Both the position numbers and the translations under genes were made by a program. A model generated the notes under the pieces. The model had not been told where the DNA came from and did not search any database. It was given only the letters and a program-made list of their open reading frames with translations. A DNA stretch of 64,000 nt from Clostridium sp. (GTDB lineage: Bacteria; Bacillota; Clostridia; Clostridiales; Caloramatoraceae), in assembly GCF_036639235.1 (NCBI RefSeq), contig NZ_JAVWJB010000007.1, positions 9,352 through 73,351 of the forward strand. The letters are read 5' to 3'. Positions 27,859 to 41,000 of the stretch are shown here, piece after piece (the stretch's first letter is position 1; each line of letters opens with the position of its first letter).

Positions 27859-29973
27859 TTATTCCGTAGTTTCCTTTTCTTCTGTTGTTTCTTTCTTAAT
27901 AGCATCTTTTCTTGAAAGGTTAATTCTTCCTTGACCATCAATTTCAGTAACCTTAACAAGTATTTCGTCGCCAATGCTAACAACATCTTCAACCTTATTT
28001 ACTCTTTCATGAGCAAGCTTAGATATATGAACAAGTCCTTCCTTACCAGGTAGAACTTCAACAAAAGCACCAAATGCAGTTATTCTGTTTACCTTTCCAA
28101 GGTATATTTCACCTGCTTCTACTTCCTTAACTATTCCTTCAACAATTGCTTTAGCACTGTTTCCAGCTTCAGTATTAGGAGCACAGATAAATAATCTTCC
28201 GTCATCTTCAATATCGATTTTAACGCCTGTTTCAGCTATTATCTTATTAATAGTCTTACCACCTGGCCCTATAATATCTCTAATCTTATCTGGGTGGATG
28301 TTCATTGAGATAATTCTAGGTGCGTATGGTGAAAGATCACTCTTATGAACCGGAATAGCCTCAAGCATGTTATCAAGAATTGTAAGTCTAGCAATTCTTG
28401 CCTTCTCTACAGTTTCCTTAATAATATCTTCTGGAATTCCCTTAATCTTTGTATCAACTTGGATTGCAGTAATACCCTTAGTAGTTCCTGCTACCTTAAA
28501 GTCCATATCTCCAAAGAAATCTTCAATACCTTGAATATCAGTTAATACTTCATATTCACTAGCATCATCATTAGTTACAAGCCCCATTGCTATACCAGCA
28601 ACTGGTCTCTTAATAGGAACACCAGCATCCATAAGTGCTAGAGTACTTGCACAAACACTTGCCTGTGAAGTTGAACCGTTTGAGCTTATTACCTCTGATA
28701 CAAGTCTTATAGTATATGGGAATTCTGATTCATTTGGGATAACTGGCTCAAGCGCTTTTTCAGCAAGTGCTCCGTGACCAATTTCACGTCTACCAGGTCC
28801 TCTCATAAATCTTACTTCACCAACACTATATGGTGGGAAGTTGTAATGATGCATGTATCTCTTTGATTCTTCTTCACTAAGTCCATCAATAACCTGTACA
28901 TCACCTAATGCTCCAAGAGTAGCAACAGTCATAACTTGAGTTTGACCTCTTTGGAATACACCTGACCCATGAGTTCTTGGAAGTATGCTAACATCACTTA
29001 TAAGTTCTCTTATTTGATCAAATTCTCTTCCATCTGGTCTAGTCTTTTCCTTAATAACCATAGTTCTAACCTGCTTCTTCTGCATGTTATAAATTACGTT
29101 ATCTATATCTTTAAGGTTATCTGGATAAATTTCTTCAAACTTAGTGAAGATCTTATCTTTAATAGCATCAACCTTTTCTTGTCTTTCTTCCTTATTTGAA
29201 CATCTCATTGCATCAAATAATTCATCATATGCAAAGTTCATTACAGCTTCTTCAATTTCCTCTGGAACCTTGTATAGATTTGGTATGTTCTTTTCCTTAC
29301 CAACAGCAGCTATAACTTCTTCTTGGAATGCAATTGATTCTTTACATCCTTCAAATCCAATCATAATAGCTTCATACATAACATCCTCTGGGATTTCGTC
29401 TCCGCTAGCTTCAATCATCATTACTCTTTCTTTAGTAGCACAAACAGTTAAGTGAAGGTCACTTTTTTCTCTTTGCTCAAGTGTTGGGTTAACAACTATT
29501 TCCCCATCAACTCTTCCTACAAGTACGGCACCAAGTGGTCCCTCAAAAGGAATGTCTGATATTGATAGAGCAAGTGATGCTCCATTAATAGCTAGAATTT
29601 CAGGTGAGTTGTCTGAATCTACTGAAAGAACAGTACAAACTACCTGTACATCGTTAAAATATCCCTTAGGGAAAAGTGGTCTAATAGGTCTATCTATTGC
29701 TCTTGCTGATAGAATAGCCTTTTCTGAAGGTCTACCTTCACGCTTTATAAAACCTCCTGGGATCTTACCAACAGCGTATAGTCTTTCCTCGTAGTCAACA
29801 CTTAAAGGAAAGAAGTCTATTCCATCCTTTGGCTTTGCAGAAGAATTAGCATTTACAAGTAAATATGTTTCACCATAGCTTATAAGTACAGAACCATTTG
29901 ATAACAGGGCATACTTACCAACTTCAGCCTTAAGCTTTCTATTCACAAAATTAGTTTCGAATATTTGGTGCAT
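27859..29973 (-). CDS. pnp: Polyribonucleotide nucleotidyltransferase
   Basis: [30 protein letters not shown] and S1 domains; ATG 29973 after SD ggagg. Confidence 0.98.
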   Translation of the reverse strand: MHQIFETNFVNRKLKAEVGKYALLSNGSVLISYGETYLLVNANSSAKPKDGIDFFPLSVDYEERLYAVGKIPGGFIKREGRPSEKAILSARAIDRPIRPLFPKGYFNDVQVVCTVLSVDSDNSPEILAINGASLALSISDIPFEGPLGAVLVGRVDGEIVVNPTLEQREKSDLHLTVCATKERVMMIEASGDEIPEDVMYEAIMIGFEGCKESIAFQEEVIAAVGKEKNIPNLYKVPEEIEEAVMNFAYDELFDAMRCSNKEERQEKVDAIKDKIFTKFEEIYPDNLKDIDNVIYNMQKKQVRTMVIKEKTRPDGREFDQIRELISDVSILPRTHGSGVFQRGQTQVMTVATLGALGDVQVIDGLSEEESKRYMHHYNFPPYSVGEVRFMRGPGRREIGHGALAEKALEPVIPNESEFPYTIRLVSEVISSNGSTSQASVCASTLALMDAGVPIKRPVAGIAMGLVTNDDASEYEVLTDIQGIEDFFGDMDFKVAGTTKGITAIQVDTKIKGIPEDIIKETVEKARIARLTILDNMLEAIPVHKSDLSPYAPRIISMNIHPDKIRDIIGPGGKTINKIIAETGVKIDIEDDGRLFICAPNTEAGNSAKAIVEGIVKEVEAGEIYLGKVNRITAFGAFVEVLPGKEGLVHISKLAHERVNKVEDVVSIGDEILVKVTEIDGQGRINLSRKDAIKKETTEEKETTE

Positions 29974-30119
29974 TAAGCAGCCTCCTTTCATTAACGAATT
30001 AAAGTATCATTATTATTATGAATACTTTTTATAGATTTTAACACTATGTATAAAAATATTATATCATATCATCTTTGTCTAATGACTAAATATTTTGCTG
30101 AAATAAAAAAAGATAAAAT

Positions 30120-30144
30120 AATAGAGCGGATTAACCGCCCTATT
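30120..30144 (-). terminator. Terminator after rpsO
   Basis: Minus strand aatagggcgg-ttaat-ccgctctatt plus T-rich tail. Confidence 0.7.
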
Positions 30145-30146
30145 AA

Positions 30147-30410
30147 TTACTTTCTTATTCCTAGTTCAGCTATGATAGCACGATATCTTTCAATATCAAT
30201 CTTCTTAAGGTAGTTAAGAAGACCTCTTCTAGCTCCAACCATCTTTAAAAGACCTCTTCTTGAGTGGTGGTCCTTCATATGACCCTTAAGGTGACCAGTT
30301 AAATCGTTGATTCTTCTTGTAAGAATAGCGATTTGAACTTCTGGTGAACCAGTGTCTCCTTCGTGTCTTTGGTGCTTAAGAATAATTTCTTGCTTAATTG
30401 CTTTTTCCAT
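30147..30410 (-). CDS. rpsO: 30S ribosomal protein S15
   Basis: [20 protein letters not shown]; ATG 30410 after SD ggagg. Confidence 0.98.
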   Translation of the reverse strand: MEKAIKQEIILKHQRHEGDTGSPEVQIAILTRRINDLTGHLKGHMKDHHSRRGLLKMVGARRGLLNYLKKIDIERYRAIIAELGIRK

Positions 30411-30419
30411 TGTTGTAAC

Positions 30420-30492
30420 CTCCATTAATTTAAAGTATCCCCTTATGCCATGAAATTCGTTTGGAGAGTCGAATAACTTAGCATAGGTTCTA
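30420..30492 (-). ncRNA. Probable S15-binding autoregulatory leader
   Basis: TG-TATAAT upstream; cctatgc/gcataagg outer helix with inner ttcg/cgaa helix ahead of the SD. Confidence 0.5.
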
Positions 30493-30511
30493 AAATATTA
30501 TACCAAAGACA

Positions 30512-31447
30512 TTAGTTATTGTAAATATTATTTTTAAAGTACTCCTTAGCAGTTTCAATATCTATTGTAACTCTATCTATAAGGTCTCCAACAGAAGCGA
30601 ATTTAGTCTCATCACGTAGATACTCTAAAAACTCCACTTTAATCTCTTTACCATAAATATCTTTGTTAAAATCAAATATATTTGTTTCCATAACCCTAAA
30701 CTTACTTTCAACAGTAGGTGTATAACCTATATTGGTAATAGATGGATATATACTATTATCTACATGTGCAAGGGTTATGTAAACGCCATTTTTAAATGAT
30801 AATTTATCATCTATTATAACATTAGCAGTAGGAAAACCAATAGTATGTGCTAGACCCTTTCCACATACAACCTTTCCAGATTGGAAAAGATTATACCCAA
30901 GTAGTCTATTAGCCTCTTTAATGTTTCCAGTACTGATTTTTTCACGAATAATTGTACTTGATATCTTTTGGGATACAAATGAAACCCTTTCAACAACATT
31001 AAGGTCGTAATCAAGCACATCTTTTGATTGATGAAGAAGTAGAGAATTACCACGTCCTTCTTTTCCAAAAGTATAGTTATAACCACAAACAATAACCTTA
31101 GCCTTAAGATTATTAACAAGCCCCTTTAAAAAGTCCTTATCTTCAAGGTCCCTAAATTCACTATTAAAATTAACAAAGTACAAATAATCTACTCCTAAGG
31201 TTTCAATTATAGATGCCTTCGAATTGTTATCAGTAATAATCTTAGGTCCACCTGTCTCAAACAGTATACTTCTTGGGTGTTTGTTAAATGTTAGTACTGC
31301 ACTTTTTATACCTTTTTTCTTAGCTATATCAACAGCTTCACGTATTATGGCTTGATGGCCTCTATGTACTCCATCAAAGGTTCCAAGTGCAACACATATT
31401 GGTTCACTAGAACTTAATTTTTGAAAATCTCCGTTAATTATCTTCAT
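30512..31447 (-). CDS. ribF: Bifunctional riboflavin kinase / FAD synthetase
   Basis: GTFDGVHRGHQ, GYNYTFG, ISSTIIR, IGFPTAN, NIGYTPT. Confidence 0.97.
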   Translation of the reverse strand: MKIINGDFQKLSSSEPICVALGTFDGVHRGHQAIIREAVDIAKKKGIKSAVLTFNKHPRSILFETGGPKIITDNNSKASIIETLGVDYLYFVNFNSEFRDLEDKDFLKGLVNNLKAKVIVCGYNYTFGKEGRGNSLLLHQSKDVLDYDLNVVERVSFVSQKISSTIIREKISTGNIKEANRLLGYNLFQSGKVVCGKGLAHTIGFPTANVIIDDKLSFKNGVYITLAHVDNSIYPSITNIGYTPTVESKFRVMETNIFDFNKDIYGKEIKVEFLEYLRDETKFASVGDLIDRVTIDIETAKEYFKNNIYNN

Positions 31448-31466
31448 CTTATTACCCTACCCAGAT

Positions 31467-32339
31467 CTAAAACATTAGTTTATCAATTTTAAATGTACTC
31501 CCTTTAACATGTCCAATACCTAAAAAAGTATTTGGCATTAAAAATCCTTTAACCTTCTCACCTTCTTTTATAGGTGAATCTAAAGTAATCTTAACAGGAT
31601 TTCCATTTAAAACTTTATCCCTATGTTTATTATCAATAAAAACCGAGTCCATTTCAAGTCCATATTCTATAGGATATAAAATATTTTCTATATTCTCTAG
31701 AGAAATGTCCTTAAGATTCACTGCACTTTCAATGGTAAAAGGTCCTGTTTGACTTCTAAGTAAAAAACTCATATACCCGTAGCATCCAAGCATATCACCA
31801 AGATCCTTACATATACTTCTAATATAAGTTCCCTTAGAGCATTTTATTTTAAGAGATATACGAGGAAGTGAAAAATCTAAAACTTCAATAGAGTGAATTA
31901 TTACCTTTCTAGTTGGAACAACAAACTCTTCACCCTCTCTTGCTAAGTCATAGGCTCTTTTACCATTAATTTTAATAGCTGAATACTTAGGGGGAATCTG
32001 AGTAATTTCCCCTTTAAAGTTATTAAGCTTATCCATAAACATATCATATGTTACATGTGAATAATCACTAAAATCTTCATGTAAAAACTCACCATACTTA
32101 TCATAGGTATCTGTTTCATTGCCAAGTGTAAGTTCACAAATATACTCTTTACTTTGGTCTGTTAGGTACTGGGCAATTTTAGTTCCTTGACCAAGACAAA
32201 TTGGTAAAACCCCAGCTGCTCCAGGATCAAGTGTACCAGTATGTCCAACCTTTTTCATTTTAAGAGTTCTTCTGACATATGAAACAACATCATGTGAGGT
32301 CATTCCAGGTGGCTTTAATATGTTAAGTATTCCATTCAT
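31467..32339 (-). CDS. truB: tRNA pseudouridine(55) synthase
   Basis: KPPGMTSHD, GHTGTLDP, CSKGTYIRS. Confidence 0.98.
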   Translation of the reverse strand: MNGILNILKPPGMTSHDVVSYVRRTLKMKKVGHTGTLDPGAAGVLPICLGQGTKIAQYLTDQSKEYICELTLGNETDTYDKYGEFLHEDFSDYSHVTYDMFMDKLNNFKGEITQIPPKYSAIKINGKRAYDLAREGEEFVVPTRKVIIHSIEVLDFSLPRISLKIKCSKGTYIRSICKDLGDMLGCYGYMSFLLRSQTGPFTIESAVNLKDISLENIENILYPIEYGLEMDSVFIDNKHRDKVLNGNPVKITLDSPIKEGEKVKGFLMPNTFLGIGHVKGSTFKIDKLMF

Positions 32340-32342
32340 CCT

Positions 32343-33296
32343 TTAAATGATCTCCTTTATCTTAGAAAGTAAACTATCTATTACAAAATCAATATCTCCA
32401 CTTATAGCACAGCCGGCAGCTCTTATATGACCACCACCACTAAAGCTTTCCGCAACAAATCTAACATCAGCATAGTTTTTTGAACGTATACTTATTTTAT
32501 ATAGATTATCAGACTTTTTCTTAATTAAGACTGATACTTCAACAGTATCAATATCTCTACCTATATTAACAATATCTCCAGTTTCATTTTCATCCACACC
32601 TGACTCTTTAATAATTTCATCAGATAAATAGATAATTGCTAGCTTATCATCAAAGTAAAACTTAAGCTCATTAGTAGCTAGTGCCGTAAGCTTAAGCTGC
32701 TGCTTTGTTTTCTCATCTAAAAGCCTATTATATATCTTTGAATGATCTATATTAAATTCCATAAGATTAGCTGCTGAAATTAAAGTTGATGGAGAGGTAT
32801 TGGAATATTTAAAACCCCCTGTATCAGAAACAATTGATGTATAAAGACATATTGCAACGTTTCTGTCTATTGGAAGTTCCCCCTCTTTCATAATACTAAA
32901 AAGCATTTCACCAACACTTGATATTTCAGGACACACATAATTATGTGTTCCATAATAGTCATTTGACTTATGATGGTCTATATTAATTACAGTTGTTTCT
33001 TTAAGTAAAATATCTGAAAAACTAAGTCTTTTAGTGTCTCCACAATCAAGTGCAAAAACTACATCATACTTAACACTCGGAGCCTCTGTAATAATATTAC
33101 TTGCACCCTCTAAAAAGCTAAGTCTTTTTGGAACCACATCATTTAAATACACATTAACGTTTTTGTTAAGAAGTTTAAGACAGTTATATAGACCTAACAT
33201 AGAACCCATACAATCTCCATCTGGAGACGTATGGGATACTATTGCAAAGTTATTATTTAATTTAATAAGGTCTATAATGGTTTTTACACTAGTCAT
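32343..33296 (-). CDS. nrnA: DHH/DHHA1 phosphoesterase (nanoRNase/pAp phosphatase)
   Basis: HTSPDGDCMGS, IDHH, SDTGGF, GGGHIRAAG. Confidence 0.9.
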   Translation of the reverse strand: MTSVKTIIDLIKLNNNFAIVSHTSPDGDCMGSMLGLYNCLKLLNKNVNVYLNDVVPKRLSFLEGASNIITEAPSVKYDVVFALDCGDTKRLSFSDILLKETTVINIDHHKSNDYYGTHNYVCPEISSVGEMLFSIMKEGELPIDRNVAICLYTSIVSDTGGFKYSNTSPSTLISAANLMEFNIDHSKIYNRLLDEKTKQQLKLTALATNELKFYFDDKLAIIYLSDEIIKESGVDENETGDIVNIGRDIDTVEVSVLIKKKSDNLYKISIRSKNYADVRFVAESFSGGGHIRAAGCAISGDIDFVIDSLLSKIKEII

Positions 33297-33639
33297 TCTT
33301 CTTTATATCAGAAAGAATTTTATTAATGTGTAAACCATGTTCTAAAGACTCGTCTATTTCAAACAGAATTTCAGGTGTATATCTAACCTTAATCTTGCTT
33401 GCAACTTCACGTCTAATGAATCCAGCAGCACTTCTTAAGCCTTGTATACACTTAACCTTAGCTTCCTTATCACCAAATACACTAATATATGCCTTAGCAT
33501 ATCGTAAGTCTTTTGTTACATCAACCCTAGTTACTGTTGTAAGCATTGGTACTCTAGGATCCTTAATATTGTTTTGTATAATATCACTTAGAATCTTTCT
33601 GATTTCCTCAGAAAGTCTAACTGTTCTATTAAATGCCAT
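33289..33639 (-). CDS. rbfA: Ribosome-binding factor A
   Basis: IKDPRV, VTKDLRYAK, RYTPEILFEID. Confidence 0.96.
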   Translation of the reverse strand: MAFNRTVRLSEEIRKILSDIIQNNIKDPRVPMLTTVTRVDVTKDLRYAKAYISVFGDKEAKVKCIQGLRSAAGFIRREVASKIKVRYTPEILFEIDESLEHGLHINKILSDIKKND

Positions 33640-33654
33640 ATACTACTTCACCTC

Positions 33655-35751
33655 TTATTTTCTTTCAATTTCTTCCATAGTATATCCTTCAATAACATCG
33701 TCTTCCTTAAGGTCATTAAACTTTTCTATTGTTATACCACATTCGAATCCAGTAGCAACTTCCTTCGCATCATCCTTAAATCTCTTAAGTGATGAAAGCT
33801 TACCTTCAAATATAACAATACCATCTCTAATAACTCTAACGCTGTTATTTCTATTTATCTTACCATCTTCTACATAGCATCCAGCAATTGTTCCAACACT
33901 TGATACCTTAAATGTAGTTCTAACGTTAAGTTTTGCTGTAATAACTTCCTTATATATAGGGTCTAGCATCCCCTTCATAGCAGCAGTTACATCGTCAATA
34001 GCATGGTAGATAACTCTATACGTTTTGATTTCAACCTTTTCTTTTTCAGCGAGTACTCTAGCAAGTGAATCAGGTCTTACATTAAATCCTATAATAATAG
34101 CATTTGATGCTGAAGCTAGTGTAACGTCTGTTTCAGAAATAGCTCCCACTCCACCGTGGATAACTCTAACTCTAACCTCATCATTTGATAGCTTAACAAG
34201 TGATTGTCTTACTGCCTCAACAGAACCTTGAACGTCTGCCTTAATAATAATGTTAAGATCCTTAACTTTACCCTCTTGTATTTGGCTAAATAGCTCTTCA
34301 AGTGAAAGCTTAGCAGTGCTTGCATAGAACTTTTCCTTGTTCTTGTTTTCAACAATTGTAGCTACTTGTCTAGCAGTCTTTTCGTCTTGAACTGCATAAA
34401 TAATATCTCCACCGCTTGGAGCATGTGAAAGTCCTAGTACCTCAACTGGCATTGAAGGTCCTGCTGATTTAACATTCTTACCCTTGTCGTTAATCATAGC
34501 TCTAACTTTACCGTAAGCTGAGTCAACAACAATTGAGTCTCCAACCTTAAGAGTTCCATTTTGTACAAGAATAGTAGCAACAGGTCCTCTTCCCTTATCT
34601 AGTTGAGCCTCAACAACAATACCCTTAGCAAGTCTGTTAGGATTTGCCTTAAGGTCCTGCATTTCTGACATTAGAACTATCATTTCAAGTAGGTTATCAA
34701 TACCATCTCCTGTTTTAGCTGAAACAGGTACACAAACAGTATCTCCACCCCAATCTTCTGAAACAAGCTCATGCTCTGTAAGTTCTTGTTTAACTCTCTC
34801 TGGGTTAGCAGCTGGTTTATCCATTTTGTTAATAGCAACAATTATAGGTACTCCTGCCGCCTTAGCATGGTTAATAGCCTCAGCAGTTTGTGGCATTACA
34901 CCATCATCTGCAGCAACAACTAGTATTGCGATGTCAGTAGCCTGAGCTCCTCTAGCTCTCATTGATGTAAACGCAGCGTGTCCTGGAGTATCAAGGAATG
35001 TTACCTTTTCCCCATTAACGTCTACTGTATATGCACCAATGTGCTGAGTGATTCCACCTGCTTCTGTTGAAGTAACCTTAGCACTTCTAATATAGTCAAG
35101 TAGAGATGTTTTACCGTGGTCAACGTGTCCCATTACTGTAACTACTGGTGGTCTTTTTACAAGATCCTTCTCATCGTCTTCAAAGTCATTTACAAGAATT
35201 TCTTCTTTTTCTTTGACTTCTTCTATTTCTAATAATAAATCATATTCTTCTGCTATTTTTTCAGCAACTTCAAAACTAATTTCATTATTTACATTTGCCA
35301 TTACGCCCATAAACATAAGCTTCTTAATAACTTCAGCTGTTGGCTTGTTGATTCTTTCACAAAAATCCTTAACTCTTATGCTTTCTGGAATGGTAATTAT
35401 TCCTATATCCATCTTATCCTCATCCTTACTTGAGGGATATTCATCCCTCTTATTTTTTCCCTTGTTTTTCTTTTTAGAAAATGATTTTTCTTCTAATTCA
35501 TGCTGTTCGTATTTTTCATGTTCTTCGAATTTACTAGCTGGTTCAGCTGAATCTTGTGAGTCAGTTGAATCCTTATCTTTTGATTTTTGAAGTTCCTCTA
35601 AGAACTCAGTAACTATTGAAGCCTCATCGCCTTCGATAACACTCATATGATTCTTAACTTCAATACCAAACTCTTTATTTAAAAGCTCGATAAGTTCTTT
35701 ACTACTCATTTCACTTTGCTTTGCCAGTTCATATATTCTAATTTTTGACAA
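33655..35751 (-). CDS. infB: Translation initiation factor IF-2
   Basis: [20 protein letters not shown]; TTG start 35751 after SD gggggtg. Confidence 0.98.
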   Translation of the reverse strand: MSKIRIYELAKQSEMSSKELIELLNKEFGIEVKNHMSVIEGDEASIVTEFLEELQKSKDKDSTDSQDSAEPASKFEEHEKYEQHELEEKSFSKKKNKGKNKRDEYPSSKDEDKMDIGIITIPESIRVKDFCERINKPTAEVIKKLMFMGVMANVNNEISFEVAEKIAEEYDLLLEIEEVKEKEEILVNDFEDDEKDLVKRPPVVTVMGHVDHGKTSLLDYIRSAKVTSTEAGGITQHIGAYTVDVNGEKVTFLDTPGHAAFTSMRARGAQATDIAILVVAADDGVMPQTAEAINHAKAAGVPIIVAINKMDKPAANPERVKQELTEHELVSEDWGGDTVCVPVSAKTGDGIDNLLEMIVLMSEMQDLKANPNRLAKGIVVEAQLDKGRGPVATILVQNGTLKVGDSIVVDSAYGKVRAMINDKGKNVKSAGPSMPVEVLGLSHAPSGGDIIYAVQDEKTARQVATIVENKNKEKFYASTAKLSLEELFSQIQEGKVKDLNIIIKADVQGSVEAVRQSLVKLSNDEVRVRVIHGGVGAISETDVTLASASNAIIIGFNVRPDSLARVLAEKEKVEIKTYRVIYHAIDDVTAAMKGMLDPIYKEVITAKLNVRTTFKVSSVGTIAGCYVEDGKINRNNSVRVIRDGIVIFEGKLSSLKRFKDDAKEVATGFECGITIEKFNDLKEDDVIEGYTMEEIERK

Positions 35752-36070
35752 TACATTCACCCCCATTTTTTATGTGAGAAGCTTTCTCTTTAAACGCTTT
35801 TGCAAAACCAGCATTTTTTATACCGAGTACACTTCTTGGAGACTTTCCTATAGCATAACCTAGATCATCTTTATCACCAATAATAAGATATTCAAGGTTT
35901 TTTCTAGATGCAAGTGCTGTAAACCTATTCTTAGTGTTATTACTTGCATCCGCTGAAATAATCAGAAAAACAACGTTATTTTTTTTGATCTCAATTTCTA
36001 CAGTATCATCACCTGAACAAAGATTTCCTGATTTTTGCATAAGACCTAAAAAGCTATAAATCTTATTCAT
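35738..36070 (-). CDS. ylxQ: L7Ae/L30e-family RNA-binding protein (YlxQ)
   Basis: [21 protein letters not shown]; conserved position before infB. Confidence 0.88.
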   Translation of the reverse strand: MNKIYSFLGLMQKSGNLCSGDDTVEIEIKKNNVVFLIISADASNNTKNRFTALASRKNLEYLIIGDKDDLGYAIGKSPRSVLGIKNAGFAKAFKEKASHIKNGGECIVKN

Positions 36071-36329
36071 TAGAAATCTCGCCCATTAATTGTTCATAAA
36101 TCTCAGGTGATATACTAATTCCAAGTGCTCTTTCAAATTTTTTTGCTTTAAAAGCCTTATCAAAACACTCAGTACATTTACATATATATGACCCTCTACC
36201 AGGAGCTTTCCCAACTAGGTCAATTTTAATTTCATTTTCTTTATTCTTAACAACTCTAATAAGATCCTTCTTAGCCTTCATTTCTTGACAGCCAAGACAC
36301 ATTCTTGTAGGAGTCTTTTTTATCTTCAC
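36063..36329 (-). CDS. rnpM: YlxR/RnpM RNA-binding protein
   Basis: PTRMCLGC, GKAPGRGSYIC; position after nusA. Confidence 0.92.
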   Translation of the reverse strand: MKIKKTPTRMCLGCQEMKAKKDLIRVVKNKENEIKIDLVGKAPGRGSYICKCTECFDKAFKAKKFERALGISISPEIYEQLMGEISNE

Positions 36330-37453
36330 TATATATCCTCTCCTTCAATAACTGGAACTTCAACTTCTTGAGATTCAGTCATAGAAACAACCTGATCATT
36401 AGTAAAGTTTTGACATTCTGCTGCCTGTGATTCACTCTTAATATCAATCTTCCAACCTGTAAGCTTAGCTGATAGTCTAGCATTTTGTCCTTCTTTACCT
36501 ATAGCAAGTGATAATTGGTAATCAGGTACTATAACCTTAGCACTCTTCTCTTCCTCATTAACACTAACACTTACAACCTTTGATGGGCTAAGTGCATTTG
36601 CAATAAATTCAGCAGGGTCTTTGCTCCACTTAACAATATCGATTTTTTCACCCTTAAGCTCTGAAACTATGTTTTGAACTCTCATTCCACTTGGTCCAAC
36701 ACATGCACCAGTAGCATCAACATTCTCATCCTTTGAGAAAACTGCAATTTTAGTTCTTGATCCAGCTTCTCTTGCTATGCTTTTGATTTCAACTATTCCA
36801 TCAAATATCTCTGGAACTTCAATTTCAAATAGTCTCTTAATTATTCCAGGATGTGTTCTTGAAATAACTATATTAGGTCCCTTTGAAGTCTTCTTAACTT
36901 CAACAACATAAAACTTAAGAATATCTCCGTGTTTATATATCTCTGATGGCATTTGCTCAGTTGGAGTTAGGAAAGTTTCAAGTCTTCCTATATCAACTAG
37001 TATATTTTGCTTTTCTTTCTTTTGAACTATACCAGTTATAATATCATTTTCCTTTTCAACTAACTCTTTGTATATTACGTCTCTTTCAGCTTCTTTAATC
37101 TCTTGGATAACTCTTTGTCTAGCGTTTTGGGCTGCAACTCTTCCGAATTCTCTAGGATTAACTTCTATATCAACTACATCATCTAGTTCATATGTAAGAT
37201 TAATTGCCTTAGCGTCCTCTAAACTAATCTCAAGCAGGTTATCATAAACATCTTCAACAACCTTCTTTTGAGCGTAAACATGTGTTTCTCCAGTTTCTTT
37301 GTTAATTGTAACCTTAGCATTTTGTGAAGTTCCGTAGTTCTTCTTATATGCTGAGATTAGTGATGATTCTAGTGATTCGAATATTATATCCTTTTCAATT
37401 CCTTTAAGGCTTGCTATTTCAAGTAGTGAGTCTATAAACTCATTGTTAATCAT
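36329..37453 (-). CDS. nusA: Transcription termination factor NusA
   Basis: FGRVAAQ, S1 domain, [28 protein letters not shown]. Confidence 0.98.
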   Translation of the reverse strand: MINNEFIDSLLEIASLKGIEKDIIFESLESSLISAYKKNYGTSQNAKVTINKETGETHVYAQKKVVEDVYDNLLEISLEDAKAINLTYELDDVVDIEVNPREFGRVAAQNARQRVIQEIKEAERDVIYKELVEKENDIITGIVQKKEKQNILVDIGRLETFLTPTEQMPSEIYKHGDILKFYVVEVKKTSKGPNIVISRTHPGIIKRLFEIEVPEIFDGIVEIKSIAREAGSRTKIAVFSKDENVDATGACVGPSGMRVQNIVSELKGEKIDIVKWSKDPAEFIANALSPSKVVSVSVNEEEKSAKVIVPDYQLSLAIGKEGQNARLSAKLTGWKIDIKSESQAAECQNFTNDQVVSMTESQEVEVPVIEGEDI

Positions 37454-37474
37454 TTTTAAATTCCTCCCAAAATT

Positions 37475-37933
37475 TTAAAAATCATTTAGTCGTACAGAAG
37501 CTACTAAACTTTTATCTATTTCGATGTTATTATTATCGATTGTAATTATTATATTATTGTCAGTGTATCCATTTAGAATACCGTCAACAAACTTCTTATC
37601 CATAAACGGTTTGTAGAATTTTATTTTAATTTTCTTACCATTATATTTGATAAAGTCGCTTTCTTTTTTAAGTGGTCTATCAAGTCCTGGTGAAGAAACT
37701 TCAAGATAGTAAGACTCTTTAATTGGGTCTACTTCATCTAATTTATCGCCTACTGCTCTACTTACAGCTGCACAATCTTCAATTTGAATACCGTTTTCTG
37801 AATCTATATAAAATCTTAAATACCATTCGCCATCTTCTTTAATATATTCTATATCAACTAATTCATATCCAAGTGATTCAACTAATGGTGCTGTAAATTC
37901 TTCTATAGTTAGTTCTAAAGATTTCTTGCTCAT
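37475..37933 (-). CDS. rimP: Ribosome maturation factor RimP
   Basis: YYLEVSSPGLDRPL. Confidence 0.96.
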   Translation of the reverse strand: MSKKSLELTIEEFTAPLVESLGYELVDIEYIKEDGEWYLRFYIDSENGIQIEDCAAVSRAVGDKLDEVDPIKESYYLEVSSPGLDRPLKKESDFIKYNGKKIKIKFYKPFMDKKFVDGILNGYTDNNIIITIDNNNIEIDKSLVASVRLNDF

Positions 37934-38001
37934 TTTGGCCCTCCCATCTTATATTTATTATTTGTATAAACACATAGCTTATATTCATGAAAACATAAAT
38001 G

Positions 38002-38025
38002 AAAGAGTGGGTTTCCCCACTCTTT
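38002..38025 (-). ncRNA. rimP-leader attenuator hairpin
   Basis: AAAGAGTGGG-gaaa-CCCACTCTTT lying between a SigA promoter and rimP; matches the conserved Firmicute rimP leader stem. Confidence 0.7.
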
Positions 38026-38054
38026 ATTCATTAAGTATATATGCTGTTTATAAC

Positions 38055-38083
38055 ATTATAACATTAAGTGTTTTTTTTTACAA
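38055..38083 (-). promoter_or_regulatory. SigA promoter of the rimP-nusA-infB operon
   Basis: TTGTAA-17 bp-TGtTATAAT. Confidence 0.7.
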
Positions 38084-38084
38084 G

Positions 38085-41000
38085 TTAAAATAAAGATAGC
38101 TGGCTTGTGTCAGGAAGTCCCTCAAGACATCCATGCTCGTTCATTATCTCTATAACTGTTTTAGATATCTTAGTTCTAACTCTTAAATCTTCTTTAGAAA
38201 TAAATTCACCATTACCGCGAGCCTCTACAATACTCTTTGCAGCAGTTTCTCCAACTCCTTGTAGAGCCCTAAATGGTGGTAGTATTCCCTCATCAGTTAT
38301 TTTGAATCTAATACTATCCGATTTATATAAATCTACCTTAAGCATTTTAATTCCCCTTGCAAACATTTCATTTGCAATTTCCATAACAGTTAAATACCCC
38401 TTCTCTTTTTGGGTTAGGTTATTACCCTTAGCTTCAACTTCGCGAATAGCCTGAAGTACTGCATCCTGTCCCTTAGATACTATGCTTGCATCAAAGTCTT
38501 CAAGTCCACGTACACTAAAGTATGTAGCATAATAAGCCTGTGGATAATACACTTTAAAATAGGCTATTCTTATAGCCATCATAACGTAGGCAACTGCGTG
38601 TCCCTTAGGGAACATATACTTAATTGTATTACATGAATTAATATACCACTCAGGCACATTATTCTCCTTCATTTCCTCTATATCCCCGTCACGAAGTCCT
38701 TTTCCCTTTCTAACTCTCTCCATTATGGTAAATGCATTTTTAGGCTTAACACCCATAAGCATTAAATAGTTCATAATATCATCTCTGGTACAAATTACTT
38801 CTTTAAGTGTTGCATACCCATCACGAATAAGATCCTGTGCATTATTTAGCCAAACATCGGTACCATGTGATAATCCTGAAATTCTAACTAATTCTGCAAA
38901 GGTATGTGGCTGTGTATCAACAAGCATCTGACGAACGAACTTCGTACCAAACTCAGGTAGGCCTAAGGTTCCAACTTCACATGTAAAATTATCCTTGTTA
39001 ACATTAAGAGCCTCTGGAGAAGTAAATAAGCTAAGTACCTTCTCATCTCCAAGGGGAATCTTTGTTGGGTCAAGTCCTGTTAAATCTTGAAGCATTCTAA
39101 TTACAGTAGGATCGTCGTGTCCTAGTATATCTAGCTTCAGTAATCTACCACTTATAGAATGATAATCAAAATGTGTAGTTATAATATCACTATTAACATC
39201 ATCAGCAGGCCTTTGTATTGGGCAGAAATTGTATATATCATTATCCCTTGGAACAACCATTACACCTCCTGGATGCTGACCGGATGTTCTTTTAACTCCA
39301 GTACATCCCTTAACAAGCCTTTCAATTTCAGCTGCTGTAGATGGAATTTCTCTTTCGTCTAAGTAATTCTTAACATATCCAAATGCTGTTTTTTCAGCTA
39401 TTGTTCCAATAGTACCTGCCCTAAACACATATCCTTCACCAAATAATTCTTCAGTGTATTTATGTGCATTTGGCTGGTATTCACCTGAAAAGTTAAGGTC
39501 TATATCAGGTTCCTTATCACCCTCAAAACCAAGGAAAACCTCAAAAGGTATTTCAAATCCATCCTTAGTAAGTGCTGTTCCACATTTAGGACAGTCCCTA
39601 TCCTTAAGGTCAGCACCTGAACCTATAGAACCATCAGTATAGAACTCAGACCATTTACAATTACTACATACATAGTGTGGTGCTAATGGGTTAACCTCTG
39701 TAATATCTGTCATTGTTGCAACTAATGATGATCCAACCGACCCTCTTGATCCAACTAGGTATCCATCATCAAGTGATTTCTTAACAATTTTATGAGATAT
39801 AAGATAAAGAACCGCATATCCATTACTTATAATAGAGTTAAGCTCCTTATCAAGCCTTTTTTGAACTATTTCAGGTAGAGGTTTTCCATAAATGCTATAT
39901 GCCTTATTTAAAGTCATATCTCGTATCTCTTCATCTGCCCCATCTATTTTAGGAGGAAACGTTCCATCTGGAATTGGCTTTATGCTCTCTACCATATCTG
40001 CTATTAAATTAGGGTTTTTTATAACAACATCATAACAGGTTTCATGACCTAAATAACTAAATTCATCAAGCATTTCCCCTGTTGATTTATAGTACAGTGG
40101 GGGCTGAGAATCTGCATCATTAAATCCCTTACCTGCCATAAGTATTCGTCTATAATACTCATCATGTTTATTAAGGAAATGTACATCTCCTGTTGCTACA
40201 ACCAACTTATTAAGACTTTTTGCTATACTTACAACTTTTTTGTTTAATTCCTGCAGACCCCTTTGATTTGGTACTATACCTTTTTCAATAAGGAACTGAT
40301 TATTTCCAACTGGTTGTATTTCAAGGTAATCATAAAACTCTGCAATTTTCTTAACAATATCCTCAGGCGTATTATTAAGAACAGCCTTATATACCTGACC
40401 TGCTTCACATGCTGATCCTATAATTAAGCCATTTCTATTTTCTATAAGAAGACTTTTAGGTATACGGGGTCTTTTATGGAAATACTTCAGATGACTTTCA
40501 GAAACCATTTTATATAAGTTATAAAGTCCTTCATAATTCTTAACAAGAATTATAGCATGGTGTGTTTCTGCCTTTTTAATATCAAACTCACTTAAGTATA
40601 TATTGTTTACTTCACCAATAGTGTTTATATTCATCTCTTTAAGCATATCTATAAACTTAAAGAAAATACCAGCAGTAGCTACTGCATCATCAACTGCTCT
40701 ATGATGATTTTCAAGACTAATGTTAAAGTATTCTGCTAATATATTAAGCTTATGCTTTTTAAGGTCTTTTAATAGCCACCTTGAAATTGTTAGTGTATCA
40801 ACAACAGTATTTTTAAATTCTAAATTAAGTCTGTTACACTTTTCTATAATAAAACCTGTATCAAACTTCGCATTGTGTGCAACTACAGGACTATTTCCTA
40901 TAAATTCAAGAAACCTTGGCATAACCTTATCTATACTTTCTTTATCCCTAACCATTTCATTTGTAATACCTGTTAGCTTTGTTATTTCAAATGGTATAGG